This document shows, in pieces, positions 11,307 to 23,147 of a stretch of 64,000 nucleotides of DNA. The stretch is from Gemmatimonadaceae bacterium (lineage in GTDB: Bacteria > Gemmatimonadota > Gemmatimonadetes > Gemmatimonadales > Gemmatimonadaceae): positions 1 through 64,000 of the forward strand of contig JANRJP010000037.1 of the NCBI GenBank assembly GCA_033763905.1. Reading direction: 5' to 3'. Position 1 is the first letter of the stretch. Each line of letters opens with the position of its first letter. The notes under the pieces are model-generated. The model searched no databases. It saw nothing but the letters and a program-made list of their open reading frames with translations, and was not told the origin of the DNA. The translations under genes were made by a program, and so were the position numbers.

Positions 11307-11639
11307 ATGTCGATGACCAAGGCCGACCTGGTGGAGCGGGTGACCGAGCAGATTGCTCGCACCGCCGGTCCGATCATTTCCAAGAAGGATTGTTCTCGCG
11401 TGGTGGACTCCTTCCTTGACGCGATCAAGGAAGCGCTCCACCAGCAGAAGAACATCGAAGTGCGCGGCTTCGGCACCTTCAAGATTCGGCAGCGCAAGAC
11501 GCGGATGGCGCGCAATCCGCGCACCGGTGCCCCGGTGGAGGTCGAGGCGCGCCCGGTGCCCGTCTTCAAGCCCTCCAAGGAACTCCGCGCGCTCGTGGCG
11601 GATATCCCGATCGAGGAGCTCGAGGAAGAAGAAGCGTAA
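11307..11639 (+). CDS. HU/IHF family DNA-binding protein
   Basis: MTKADL, IEVRGFGTF, ARNPRTG, FKPSKEL. Confidence 0.95.
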   Translation: MSMTKADLVERVTEQIARTAGPIISKKDCSRVVDSFLDAIKEALHQQKNIEVRGFGTFKIRQRKTRMARNPRTGAPVEVEARPVPVFKPSKELRALVADIPIEELEEEEA

Positions 11640-11707
11640 GACGGCGTCTCGTCGAGCGCGCGTAACCTGCTGTCGCGCCGCACGTTGCCGCGCTTGCCGA
11701 GGCGTTT

Positions 11708-11950
11708 GTGACCGTCACTGTGCTCGTGTTCGCTGCCTACGCCGAGGCACTTGGCGCCCCGGAGGTATCCGTCACGGTGCCAGCGGGGAGCACCATCGCG
11801 GATGTGCTGGCCGAGGTTCGCGCCCTGCCGGGTGGCACGCGAATCCCCGAGGTCCCGCTGCTGGCGCGCAACCAGCGGTACGCGGCCCTCAGCGACCCTG
11901 TCGAAGCCGCCGACGAGATTGCCGTGATTCCTCCGGTTGCCGGGGGCTGA
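11708..11950 (+). CDS. moaD: Molybdopterin synthase sulfur carrier subunit
   Basis: 80 aa ubiquitin-like protein ending DEIAVIPPVAGG. Confidence 0.93.
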   Translation: MTVTVLVFAAYAEALGAPEVSVTVPAGSTIADVLAEVRALPGGTRIPEVPLLARNQRYAALSDPVEAADEIAVIPPVAGG

Positions 11951-12372
11951 TGCCTCGCGCTGCGTTGGGGCTCGCGCCGCTCGACCCGGCGCGATTGCTC
12001 GCCGAGGTGACCCGTCCCGCGAACGGTGCGGAGGCGCTGTTCGTCGGCACGGTGCGCGAGCAGAACACCGGGCGACCGGTGACTGGCATCGACTACAGCG
12101 CGTACGACGCAATGGCGCTGGCCGAGTTGTCGCGTATCGTCGAGGCCGTGGCGGCGGAGCACGGCACGCCCGACGTGGTGTGCGAGCATCGTGTGGGCAC
12201 CCTCGCGGTCGGAGAGGCCAGCGTGGTGGTCGCGGTGGGGCATCCGAGGCGCGATGGCGCGTTCGCCGCCTGTCGCGCCGTTATCGAAGCGCTCAAGGCC
12301 CGCGTGCCGATTTTCAAGCAGGAGCACTACGTGGACGGCACGCGCGAGTGGGTGCACAATGGCCAGCGTTGA
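11950..12372 (+). CDS. moaE: Molybdopterin synthase catalytic subunit
   Basis: GA..LFVGTVR, HRVGTL.VGE, HPRR, LKARVPIFKQE; ATG overlaps the moaD stop. Confidence 0.93.
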   Translation: MPRAALGLAPLDPARLLAEVTRPANGAEALFVGTVREQNTGRPVTGIDYSAYDAMALAELSRIVEAVAAEHGTPDVVCEHRVGTLAVGEASVVVAVGHPRRDGAFAACRAVIEALKARVPIFKQEHYVDGTREWVHNGQR

Positions 12373-13372
12373 CACCCTCGGGCGTCTGCTCGGCTCGTTG
12401 CGCGTCTCGGTCACCGATCGCTGCAATCTGCGGTGCGCGTACTGTATGCCGGAGGCGCAGTACACGTGGCTGCCCAAGGCATCGCTGCTCACGTTCGAAG
12501 AGACGACGCGGCTCGTTCGGATCTTTGCCGATCTCGGCGTCCGCAAGGTCCGACTGACCGGCGGTGAACCGCTCCTGCGCCCGCACCTCCCGACACTTGT
12601 CGCGCAGTTGGCCGAGCTCCGGGGCATCGACGAGTTGGCGCTCACCACCAATGCCACGCGCTTGGCCCCGATGGCCTCGGCCTTGCGCATTGCAGGCCTG
12701 CATCGGCTGACCGTCTCGCTCGACACCTTGCAGCCCGAGCGCTTGCAGGCGCACGCGCGCTCGTCCGAGCACGGCGCCGTCCTGGCCGGGATCGACGCGG
12801 CGGTGGCGGCCGGATTTCCAGGCACCAAGCTCAACGCGGTCGTGATTCGCGGCTTCAACGACGACGAACTCGTGCCATTGCTCGAGTACGCGCGAGCGAA
12901 GCGCGTGGAGCTGCGCTTCATCGAGTATATGGACGTCGGCGGCGCGACCCGCTGGGAAGACACGCAGGTGCTCCCGGCGGCCGAGCTGCTGGCACGTCTG
13001 GCGTCGCACTACGGGCCGATCACGCCGGTGTCGCGCGACGAGGATCCGACCGCGCCCGCCGAGCGATACACGTTGCCCGACGGGACGCGCTTCGGCGTCA
13101 TCGCCAGCACCACGCGGCCGTTCTGTCGCTCCTGCGACCGCGCGCGCCTGACCGCCGACGGCACGTTCTTCACCTGCCTCTACGGCGCGTCAGGGACCGA
13201 CCTGCGCGGGCCGCTGCGGGACGGGGCAGGGGACGATGCCCTGCGTGCGCTCATCGCTGACGTGTGGACGCGTCGTTCGGACCGGGGCGCCGAGGTGCGG
13301 GCCTCGCTGACGCGTCGCGAAGCGCAACGTCCGGTGGAGCTCCACCGTGAAATGCACGTGCTCGGCGGGTGA
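12359..13372 (+). CDS. moaA: GTP 3',8-cyclase
   Basis: SVTDRCNLRCAYCMP radical SAM motif, LTGGEP, FCRSCDR..C, C-terminal GG. Confidence 0.96.
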   Translation: MASVDTLGRLLGSLRVSVTDRCNLRCAYCMPEAQYTWLPKASLLTFEETTRLVRIFADLGVRKVRLTGGEPLLRPHLPTLVAQLAELRGIDELALTTNATRLAPMASALRIAGLHRLTVSLDTLQPERLQAHARSSEHGAVLAGIDAAVAAGFPGTKLNAVVIRGFNDDELVPLLEYARAKRVELRFIEYMDVGGATRWEDTQVLPAAELLARLASHYGPITPVSRDEDPTAPAERYTLPDGTRFGVIASTTRPFCRSCDRARLTADGTFFTCLYGASGTDLRGPLRDGAGDDALRALIADVWTRRSDRGAEVRASLTRREAQRPVELHREMHVLGG

Positions 13373-13380
13373 CGCTGTAA

Positions 13381-14406
<1,026 letters not shown>

Positions 14407-14410
14407 CCGG

Positions 14411-14443
14411 GCGGGCGGCGTCGCGCCGCCCGCTTCTCTTTTT
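14411..14443 (+). terminator. Intrinsic terminator after mdh
   Basis: GCGGGCGGCG-TCG-CGCCGCCCGC perfect 10-bp stem followed by TTCTCTTTTT. Confidence 0.8.
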
Positions 14444-14459
14444 GCGCCAACCCTCAGGT

Positions 14460-15164
14460 ATGAACGCGCTCTGGAAGTTCTGGGACTCGTCCCTCGGCAA
14501 GAAGATCGTGATGGCCGCGACCGGCCTGATCGGCGTCGGGTTCGTGATCGGACACATGGTCGGCAACCTGCAGATGTTCCAGGGCGCCGGCGCCGCGGAC
14601 GCGATGCACAGCTACGCCAAGCTGTTGCGGACGTCGATGCCCCTGTTGTGGGCGATCCGGGCGGCGTTGCTCGGGGCGGTGATCCTGCACATCACGGCGG
14701 CCTTGCAGTTGTCGGCGCGCAACCGCGCCGCCCGGCCGCAGCGGTACCAGCACGTCACGCCGCAGGCCAGCACATTCGCCTCGCGGACGATGCTCCTTGG
14801 CGGCGTGCTGCTCGCGACGTTCATCGTCGTGCACATCCTCGATATGACGCTGGGGATCGGGCATCCGAACTTCACGCATCTCGATCCCTACAACAATCTC
14901 GTCTTCGGCTTTCAGCGGCCGCTGATGGCGGTGTTCTACGTGCTCGCGGCGATCTCACTGGCGGCGCATCTCGTGCACGGCGCGTGGGCCAGCTTCCGCA
15001 CGCTCGGTCTGCGCAAGGCCAGTGAGCGGCCGTTGCACCGGAACGTGGCCATTGCGGTCGCCGTGGTCGTGGCGCTCGGCTTCGCCAGCGTGCCCCTAGC
15101 GGTGATCGCCGGCGTGCTCAAGCCACAAGTCGCGCTCGACCAGATTCAAGCGTCCAGGAACTGA
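14460..15164 (+). CDS. sdhC: Succinate dehydrogenase/fumarate reductase cytochrome b subunit (single 5-TM anchor)
   Basis: SSLGKK.VMA.TG, HMVGNL, four TM histidines, HLVHG; directly precedes sdhA. Confidence 0.92.
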   Translation: MNALWKFWDSSLGKKIVMAATGLIGVGFVIGHMVGNLQMFQGAGAADAMHSYAKLLRTSMPLLWAIRAALLGAVILHITAALQLSARNRAARPQRYQHVTPQASTFASRTMLLGGVLLATFIVVHILDMTLGIGHPNFTHLDPYNNLVFGFQRPLMAVFYVLAAISLAAHLVHGAWASFRTLGLRKASERPLHRNVAIAVAVVVALGFASVPLAVIAGVLKPQVALDQIQASRN

Positions 15165-15168
15165 GCGA

Positions 15169-17085
<1,917 letters not shown>

Positions 17086-17107
17086 CCAGCCACGAGGCAC
17101 ACTGACT

Positions 17108-17905
17108 GTGGGCGGATCCAGCGGACAGACCCTGAACCTCACCCTCAACGTCTGGCGACAGGCCGGGCCGGGGGCGCAGGGTGGTTTCAAGACCTATGAA
17201 GCGAAGGGCATCAGCACCGACGCGAGCTTCCTCGAGATGCTCGATGTCGTCAACGAGGAGCTGACGGCAAAGGGCGAAGCGCCGATTGCCTTCGACCACG
17301 ACTGTCGCGAGGGGATCTGCGGCAGCTGCGGGATGCTCATCAACGGCACGGCGCACGGCCCGTGGAAGATGACCACCACGTGCCAGCTGCATATGCGCGC
17401 CTTCAAGACGGGCGACACGATCACGATCGAGCCGTGGCGCGCGTCGGCGTTCCCGGTCGTAAAGGATCTCGTCGTCGATCGCTCGGCCTTCGACCGCATC
17501 ATTCAGGCCGGCGGCTACGTGAGCGTCGCCACCGGCAACGCGCCGGATGGCAACTCGGTGCCGATTCCCAAGGTCGCCGCCGACGCCGCAATGGACGCCG
17601 CCGAATGCATCGGCTGCGGTGCCTGCGTGGCCGCGTGCCCGAATGCCTCCGCGTCGTTGTTCACGAGTGCGAAGATCAGCCACCTCGCCGAACTGCCGCA
17701 GGGGCAGCCGGAGCGCTATCGCCGCGCGCTGCGGATGGTGTCGCAGATGGATCTCGAGAACTTCGGCGGCTGCTCGCTGCACGGCGAGTGTATGGAAGCC
17801 TGCCCGAAGGGCATCTCGATCGACCACATCATGACGATGAACCGCGACTACGTCGCGGCGTCGTGGAAGGGCGAGCCGGTGGCCAAGGCGGGCGGCGCCG
17901 GCTGA
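17108..17905 (+). CDS. sdhB: Succinate dehydrogenase/fumarate reductase iron-sulfur subunit
   Basis: [32 protein letters not shown]. Confidence 0.96.
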   Translation: MGGSSGQTLNLTLNVWRQAGPGAQGGFKTYEAKGISTDASFLEMLDVVNEELTAKGEAPIAFDHDCREGICGSCGMLINGTAHGPWKMTTTCQLHMRAFKTGDTITIEPWRASAFPVVKDLVVDRSAFDRIIQAGGYVSVATGNAPDGNSVPIPKVAADAAMDAAECIGCGACVAACPNASASLFTSAKISHLAELPQGQPERYRRALRMVSQMDLENFGGCSLHGECMEACPKGISIDHIMTMNRDYVAASWKGEPVAKAGGAG

Positions 17906-17906
17906 G

Positions 17907-19253
17907 TCAGCGGCAGCTCGTCTCGACGTCGAAGACGAACCGCAAGCGAGCGGTGCGGCGCCCCGCGCCATACCAGCGCCGCTCGCGCACCGGCACCACC
18001 AGTTCGGTGCGATACTGCAGCAGGGGATACGCGGGGTCGCAGGCGACGAGCAGGTTGACGTTGGCGTAGCCCAGATCGTCCCACATCGCGTCGTGCTCTC
18101 GGGCCGAGACCCCGAGCCCCAGATGGAAGCTGGCGCCGTACACATCGGGGGTGCAGCGATCGTGGATCACGCGATCCCACGTCCGCGTGGTGCCGTGCGC
18201 GTGCTGGCCATTCGTCAGAATCTTCGTGGCGTGATCGTCAACGGTGACGGCGTACGACCAGTCGCTGCCGATGTCGTCGCCGTGATACGCCACGTCAACC
18301 AAGCGCACGAGCACACGGCCCAAGGCACCGTCCTCACCGGGGCTCGGCGCGTCGTAGCGCACCGCCGGCGGCACCGCCACGGCGATCGGGGTGGGCGCGA
18401 CGACCGGATCGATCGCCGTGAGCGCTTCGCGGGCGAGCGCAAACTGCACGGCCACCAACGGATGATGCGCGCGGCCGCGCTTGCGGATGCGCTCGAAGAC
18501 CGCGTCATCGGCGGCGCGGCGCGAGAGGTCCCCGCGGCCGGTCTCGGGCGCCGGGAGCGCTTCGCCATCCCACCAGTCCACGTCCGGTGTGGTCGACGGC
18601 AGCCCACTGTCCGCCACGGAGGTGAGACGCTTGGGCTTCGCCCGCGTGAGATCGAGAATCCCGATCAGCAACTGGGAGAGCCAGTCGACGGCAGCGGCTT
18701 CGCGAACGTCGAGGCGCGTCCATTGGTCGCGGAGCCTGCGCCACAGATGGGCGGCCTCGTGGACGACCGGGCCCGCGAGGTAGTCGCGAACGCGGGCGCG
18801 GTCGAGCGGGTGGAGCCGCAACAGCTCGTACGGGTGGACGCCGCCGATGCGCAACGACGCGAGATCGACCGGCGGGTCGGTGTCGCTCAGCTCCGCGCTG
18901 GCGATCTCGTTGCCCGCTCCATCCGCAAGAAAGGCGCGTCGCTCGCCCGCGACATCGACGGCGATGCCGTACGAGATGCCACTCGACGCATCGGTCTCGG
19001 CGAATCGCTCGGTGATCGGCAACCGCGCGGGCTGCGGCAGGGTGCGCACGGCCTCGCCCACCAGGACGAAGAGATCAGCGGGGGTCACCAGTCGCGCCAA
19101 CTCCGGGATGCGGAGCAGGTCATCGACCCCGCGATATGGGCGGTGCTTGGTGACGAGCTCCGCGATGGCACGATCAAGACCGAAGCGCGAGACCAGCTCG
19201 TCCGCGCTGCTGTGATTCGGGTAAAGATGCGGGGCGACGTCGCGGCGTGGCAT
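17907..19253 (-). CDS. Hypothetical multidomain protein: degenerate helix-hairpin-helix, HExxH motif, C-terminal C2-like beta domain
   Basis: 448 aa ORF with a purine-rich GAGGA just upstream; PNHSSADEL..FGL..IAE...RPYRGVDDLLRIP resembles ComEA HhH; VVHEAAH; REHDAMWDDLG. Confidence 0.65.
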   Translation of the reverse strand: MPRRDVAPHLYPNHSSADELVSRFGLDRAIAELVTKHRPYRGVDDLLRIPELARLVTPADLFVLVGEAVRTLPQPARLPITERFAETDASSGISYGIAVDVAGERRAFLADGAGNEIASAELSDTDPPVDLASLRIGGVHPYELLRLHPLDRARVRDYLAGPVVHEAAHLWRRLRDQWTRLDVREAAAVDWLSQLLIGILDLTRAKPKRLTSVADSGLPSTTPDVDWWDGEALPAPETGRGDLSRRAADDAVFERIRKRGRAHHPLVAVQFALAREALTAIDPVVAPTPIAVAVPPAVRYDAPSPGEDGALGRVLVRLVDVAYHGDDIGSDWSYAVTVDDHATKILTNGQHAHGTTRTWDRVIHDRCTPDVYGASFHLGLGVSAREHDAMWDDLGYANVNLLVACDPAYPLLQYRTELVVPVRERRWYGAGRRTARLRFVFDVETSCR

Positions 19254-19285
19254 TCCTCAGCAAGACGATGCCGCGTCCCCGAGGG

Positions 19286-19795
19286 TCACCGACCGCCCGC
19301 CGCCGGCTCGGAGAGCGCGAGCAAGCCGCCCAGGTCCAGCCGTCGCGAGTACATCCCGACGCGTTCGCCCGGGGCAGTACCCGGCGGCCACGCCTCGCGT
19401 GGGCGATCCCAGTAAAGCTCCACGCCGTTGCCGTCGGGGTCGTCGAGGTAGATCGCCTCGCTCACCCCGTGATCGCTGGCTCCACTCAGCGGAATCCCCG
19501 CCTCCAGCACGCGTCGAACGGCGACTGAGAGATCACGACGGCTGGGATACCGAATGGCCGTATGGTACAGCCCAGTGCTGCCCGGGGGAGGCGGCGAGCC
19601 GCCGAGGGACTCCCAGGTGTTGAGCCCCAAGTGGTGATGGTAGCCGCCGGCCGACACGAAGGCGGCCTGCGCGCCGAATCGCTGGGTGATCGCAAATCCG
19701 AGCACCCCGTGGTAGAAGGCCAGCGCGCGGTCGAGGTCGGCCACCTTCAAATGCACGTGGCCGATGTCGGCGCCGTCCGGAATGGTGTAGCTCAC
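19286..19795 (-). CDS. VOC/glyoxalase family protein (CatE-like)
   Basis: IGHVHLKVADL, GGYHHHLGLNTW, GLYHTA, DHGVSEAIYLDDPDGNGVELY. Confidence 0.93.
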   Translation of the reverse strand: MSYTIPDGADIGHVHLKVADLDRALAFYHGVLGFAITQRFGAQAAFVSAGGYHHHLGLNTWESLGGSPPPPGSTGLYHTAIRYPSRRDLSVAVRRVLEAGIPLSGASDHGVSEAIYLDDPDGNGVELYWDRPREAWPPGTAPGERVGMYSRRLDLGGLLALSEPAAGGR

Positions 19796-21132
19796 GTCGG
19801 TGTGGGGTCGAGGGCAATCACCTTGTCACGACCCACCAGGGACTCCCGGTTGATGATCAAGTCCAGCAGCGTGGTCGTGAAGGGGTAGAACAAGGTGAAG
19901 TCGGGGCGCGGACGCGTCGGCACGCGGAGCGTCAGCGCAAACTGTCCGCCGTTGCCGAGCACGGTCTTGGGCGGCGTTTGCTGGTAGTCCGTCCCGGCAT
20001 ACTCCACCCGACGCGTCCCCGTCGACGCCACGAGCCGCATCAGCAGCGCACCGTCCAGGTGCTCGTGCGGGTCTCCCAGATCGTGCAGGTTCACGTGAAA
20101 ACACCGGAGCGATGGATCGCCCGAGTACACGTGCACCTTCGCCGCGAAGCCGTCCACGAAGTCGCCGCCGTCCTTCTGGAATTGCAGGTTCCAATCTTCG
20201 ACCGGGGCGCCCCGTTCATCGCGCAGCCGGACGACGAACTGCTGAAAGGGGTCGACCGCCTCGCGCGTCGGGCCGAACTCAGCCTCGGTCTCGGCCATCC
20301 AGTCGACGAACCCGTCGGAGGTCGACACGGTCAGGAAGTCGATCACGTGCCGCGCCAACGGGACGGTCGGGGCACTGAGAATCGTTCCGTGATGCACGCC
20401 CGGGACGAGATAGACCGGCACATCGTCCTGTGTACCGTAGTGCGGCGTGAGCGCCTGTGGCTTGGCGGGATCACTCAAGTCCACCGTCAGTTTGCGGCTG
20501 TTGAGTGCCGCGCCGGCCCAGCGCACAGTGCCATCGGTGCCGGCTTCGTTCACCACGCTCGCGACACCGGTGTAGCCCGAGTCGCCGCAGAAGATCGCGA
20601 CGTAGGGACGAGACGGGCCGTCCTTGTAGAACGGCGTATCGCCGAACAGGTCCGCGTGCGCGAGGTCCCAGGTGAATCGGCTGCCGAGTTCCAGCGCGTC
20701 GAGAACGCGTTTGCCCGCCTCGAGGAAATCGGGACCGAACTGCCGGTTGCCCTTCACGATGGCGCCGAGGAAGCTGCGCCCCTTGTGGGCCTGCGGTGAG
20801 CCATTGGTGGCCGGCGCGAGGGCCACGAGGTGCTTGAGTCGCGGCAGACGCCGAGCGGGATCGGCGGCGAGCCACGCCCGCAACACCAGCATCCCGGTGC
20901 TGTGCACCACCGCATCGAACGGCTCGCCGTTGCCGAGTCCGGGCGTGCCCGCGAGCACCTTGTCAAAGCCCTCGGCAATGTCCGGGATCGTGACTTCGTC
21001 AGTCAACGATGCATACGAGACCGAATGCACGCGGTCAGCCGAGTATCCCGCATCCCGGAAGATGCCGCGCCACGCGGCGAAGGCGCTGCCATCCGAGGAA
21101 TAGCCGTGGATCAGAACCAGCGGTCGTGACAT
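19792..21132 (-). CDS. Alpha/beta hydrolase (lipase/esterase-like) with C-terminal beta domain
   Basis: LVLIHGYS oxyanion motif, VVHSTG nucleophile elbow, LAPATNGS, DGTV and downstream HH; ATG 21132 preceded by GGAG. Confidence 0.85.
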   Translation of the reverse strand: MSRPLVLIHGYSSDGSAFAAWRGIFRDAGYSADRVHSVSYASLTDEVTIPDIAEGFDKVLAGTPGLGNGEPFDAVVHSTGMLVLRAWLAADPARRLPRLKHLVALAPATNGSPQAHKGRSFLGAIVKGNRQFGPDFLEAGKRVLDALELGSRFTWDLAHADLFGDTPFYKDGPSRPYVAIFCGDSGYTGVASVVNEAGTDGTVRWAGAALNSRKLTVDLSDPAKPQALTPHYGTQDDVPVYLVPGVHHGTILSAPTVPLARHVIDFLTVSTSDGFVDWMAETEAEFGPTREAVDPFQQFVVRLRDERGAPVEDWNLQFQKDGGDFVDGFAAKVHVYSGDPSLRCFHVNLHDLGDPHEHLDGALLMRLVASTGTRRVEYAGTDYQQTPPKTVLGNGGQFALTLRVPTRPRPDFTLFYPFTTTLLDLIINRESLVGRDKVIALDPTPT

Positions 21133-21228
21133 CGCGACGCTCCGGAGTGGGTGCTCTGCGGTCCCCTGAGGCATATTACGACGCGGCCTCGTCGGCGTCA
21201 CGATACTCCATCTCGCTCTCTGTCACGA

Positions 21229-22347
21229 ATGCGCCTCGTCGGAACCGCCGTGTCGCTGGTGCTGGTCCTTGGCCTCCTGTCGGCGTGCGCCGACTCGCGC
21301 GAGATCACCGTCGGCGAACTCCCGACGCAGCGCGCGCTGCCAATGGTTGGGGCCGATATCTCGGCGCTGCCGCGACTGGAAGCCTTGGGGGCGACGTACA
21401 GCAACGGGGCGGGGGCCAACACGGCGCTGGCGGCATTGCGCGCCGCCGGCCACAACACCTTCCGGCTCCGCCTGTTCGTGAACCCGAATGGGACGGACGT
21501 GGTGGTGAACGACCTGCCGTACACGTTGGCATTGGCGCAACGCGTTCGGGCTGCGGGTGCGGCACTCGTCCTCGACCTGCACTACTCCGATACTTGGGCC
21601 GATCCCGCGCGGCAAACCATACCGGCGGCGTGGGCTGGGCTGACGCTCGACTCGTTGGAGCGGGTGGTCGAGCGCTACACCGCCGACGTGCTGCAGCAGT
21701 TCCGCGCCCGCGGCATCCTGCCGCGCATCGTGCAGGTCGGCAACGAGATCGACGGTGGATTGCTCTGGCCCGTGGGCCGCATTGGCAACGGCACGGCCGG
21801 CGACGCGCCACAGCGCGCCGTCTTCGGCCGGCTACTCAAGGCGGGCGTCCGCGGCGTGCGACAGGTCGTCGCGTCACCCGACACCACCCTCGTGATGCTG
21901 CACTACTCGCAGGGCGGCAACGTGAGCGGGGCGCGGTGGTTCTTCGATCAAGTCGTGGCCGAGCAGGTGCCGTTCGACGTGATCGGCGTGAGCTACTACC
22001 CGTGGTGGCACGGCAGTCTGGAGCAATTGCGGCAGACCATCGACTCGACGGCGGCGCGGTTCAATCGCGACGTGTACGTGGTGGAAACCGCGTATGCGTG
22101 GCGGCCCGACTGGTTTGCGCCGGCGGGCGCGAACGGACCGCTGGCGTATCCGCGCAGTCCCGCGGGCCAGCAGAGCTTCACGCAAGCGCTGGTGTCCACG
22201 GTGGCCGTGACGGCGCGAGGGAAGGGGGTGCTCTGGTGGTACCCCGAGGCGATCCCAGTGTCGGGACTGAGTGTCTGGGCCGGCGGGGCGCTCGGGCTGT
22301 TCGATGGTGCCGGGCGCCTGCTGCCCGCGGCTGCGGAACTGAAGTAA
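21229..22347 (+). CDS. GH53 arabinogalactan endo-beta-1,4-galactanase, predicted lipoprotein
   Basis: GADIS, RLRLFVNP, DLHYSDTWADP..Q, QVGNEI, GVSYYP.WHG, VETAY; lipobox LLSAC. Confidence 0.92.
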   Translation: MRLVGTAVSLVLVLGLLSACADSREITVGELPTQRALPMVGADISALPRLEALGATYSNGAGANTALAALRAAGHNTFRLRLFVNPNGTDVVVNDLPYTLALAQRVRAAGAALVLDLHYSDTWADPARQTIPAAWAGLTLDSLERVVERYTADVLQQFRARGILPRIVQVGNEIDGGLLWPVGRIGNGTAGDAPQRAVFGRLLKAGVRGVRQVVASPDTTLVMLHYSQGGNVSGARWFFDQVVAEQVPFDVIGVSYYPWWHGSLEQLRQTIDSTAARFNRDVYVVETAYAWRPDWFAPAGANGPLAYPRSPAGQQSFTQALVSTVAVTARGKGVLWWYPEAIPVSGLSVWAGGALGLFDGAGRLLPAAAELK

Positions 22348-22355
22348 CGCCGCAG

Positions 22356-23147
22356 CTACGGCGCGAGCAGCGCAGCCTCGAGGAACGCGAGCGCCCGCGG
22401 GTCGTTGGACTGCCCCAGCCAGAAGTACGCCGACTTCCGAACGGGCGCCGCCGTCTGTCGATCGCGCGCAATGCGCATCAGGGCCGGTACTCCCTCGTTC
22501 GCGGGCCGTTGCGACAGGGCAAAGACGGCCTGCTTGCGAATGTCCACGTTGGGATCCTGGTCGGCGAGCTCGCTCAAGGCGCCCACCACTTTGTCGGACG
22601 CCGCCTGCGCCACCCAGAACACCGCCTGCTTGCGCACCGACAACGGCCGAGCGGGTGCGCGCGCCACCCGAAGGAGCGTCGGCCAGACGTCGACGCTGTC
22701 GGCAAGGGTGGCGGCGGCCATGGCCGCCTCGGCGGGCCCGGCATCGCCGGATTCCGCCACCGACAGCAGAAAGGCACTGGCATCCCGCGTCGTCACCGTC
22801 CCGAGATCGACACCCGTCGCTTGGGCCGACCAGCGGCCGCCAACGTATGTGCGAATGGACGTCGTGCGGAGTTGGGATCGCGTGACCACGACGCGCACGG
22901 GTCCGGCGGCACAGTCGATCTCGACGTCCTGCGTGGTGAAGCTCCCGTAGCGATTGCCCGAGCGCGCGTCCGTCCACCACGATTGCCCGCTGCCGCAGAC
23001 CCCGGGGCGCGCAGCGAACGAGAAGCGCACCGCGCCGTCGCGCACCTCCTGCACGCGCTCGCCGATCGACTGCGCCTCGAGCGCCACACTCCACCCTGCG
23101 AGGAGCAGCGCGAGGGACCCCACACCGGTGCGTTCGCGCGTGCTCAT
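22356..23147 (-). CDS. Exported HEAT-repeat protein (small)
   Basis: Signal-like N-terminus ending ALEAQ; repeats RKQAVFWVAQ, RKQAVFALSQ, RKSAYFWLGQ. Confidence 0.85.
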   Translation of the reverse strand: MSTRERTGVGSLALLLAGWSVALEAQSIGERVQEVRDGAVRFSFAARPGVCGSGQSWWTDARSGNRYGSFTTQDVEIDCAAGPVRVVVTRSQLRTTSIRTYVGGRWSAQATGVDLGTVTTRDASAFLLSVAESGDAGPAEAAMAAATLADSVDVWPTLLRVARAPARPLSVRKQAVFWVAQAASDKVVGALSELADQDPNVDIRKQAVFALSQRPANEGVPALMRIARDRQTAAPVRKSAYFWLGQSNDPRALAFLEAALLAP

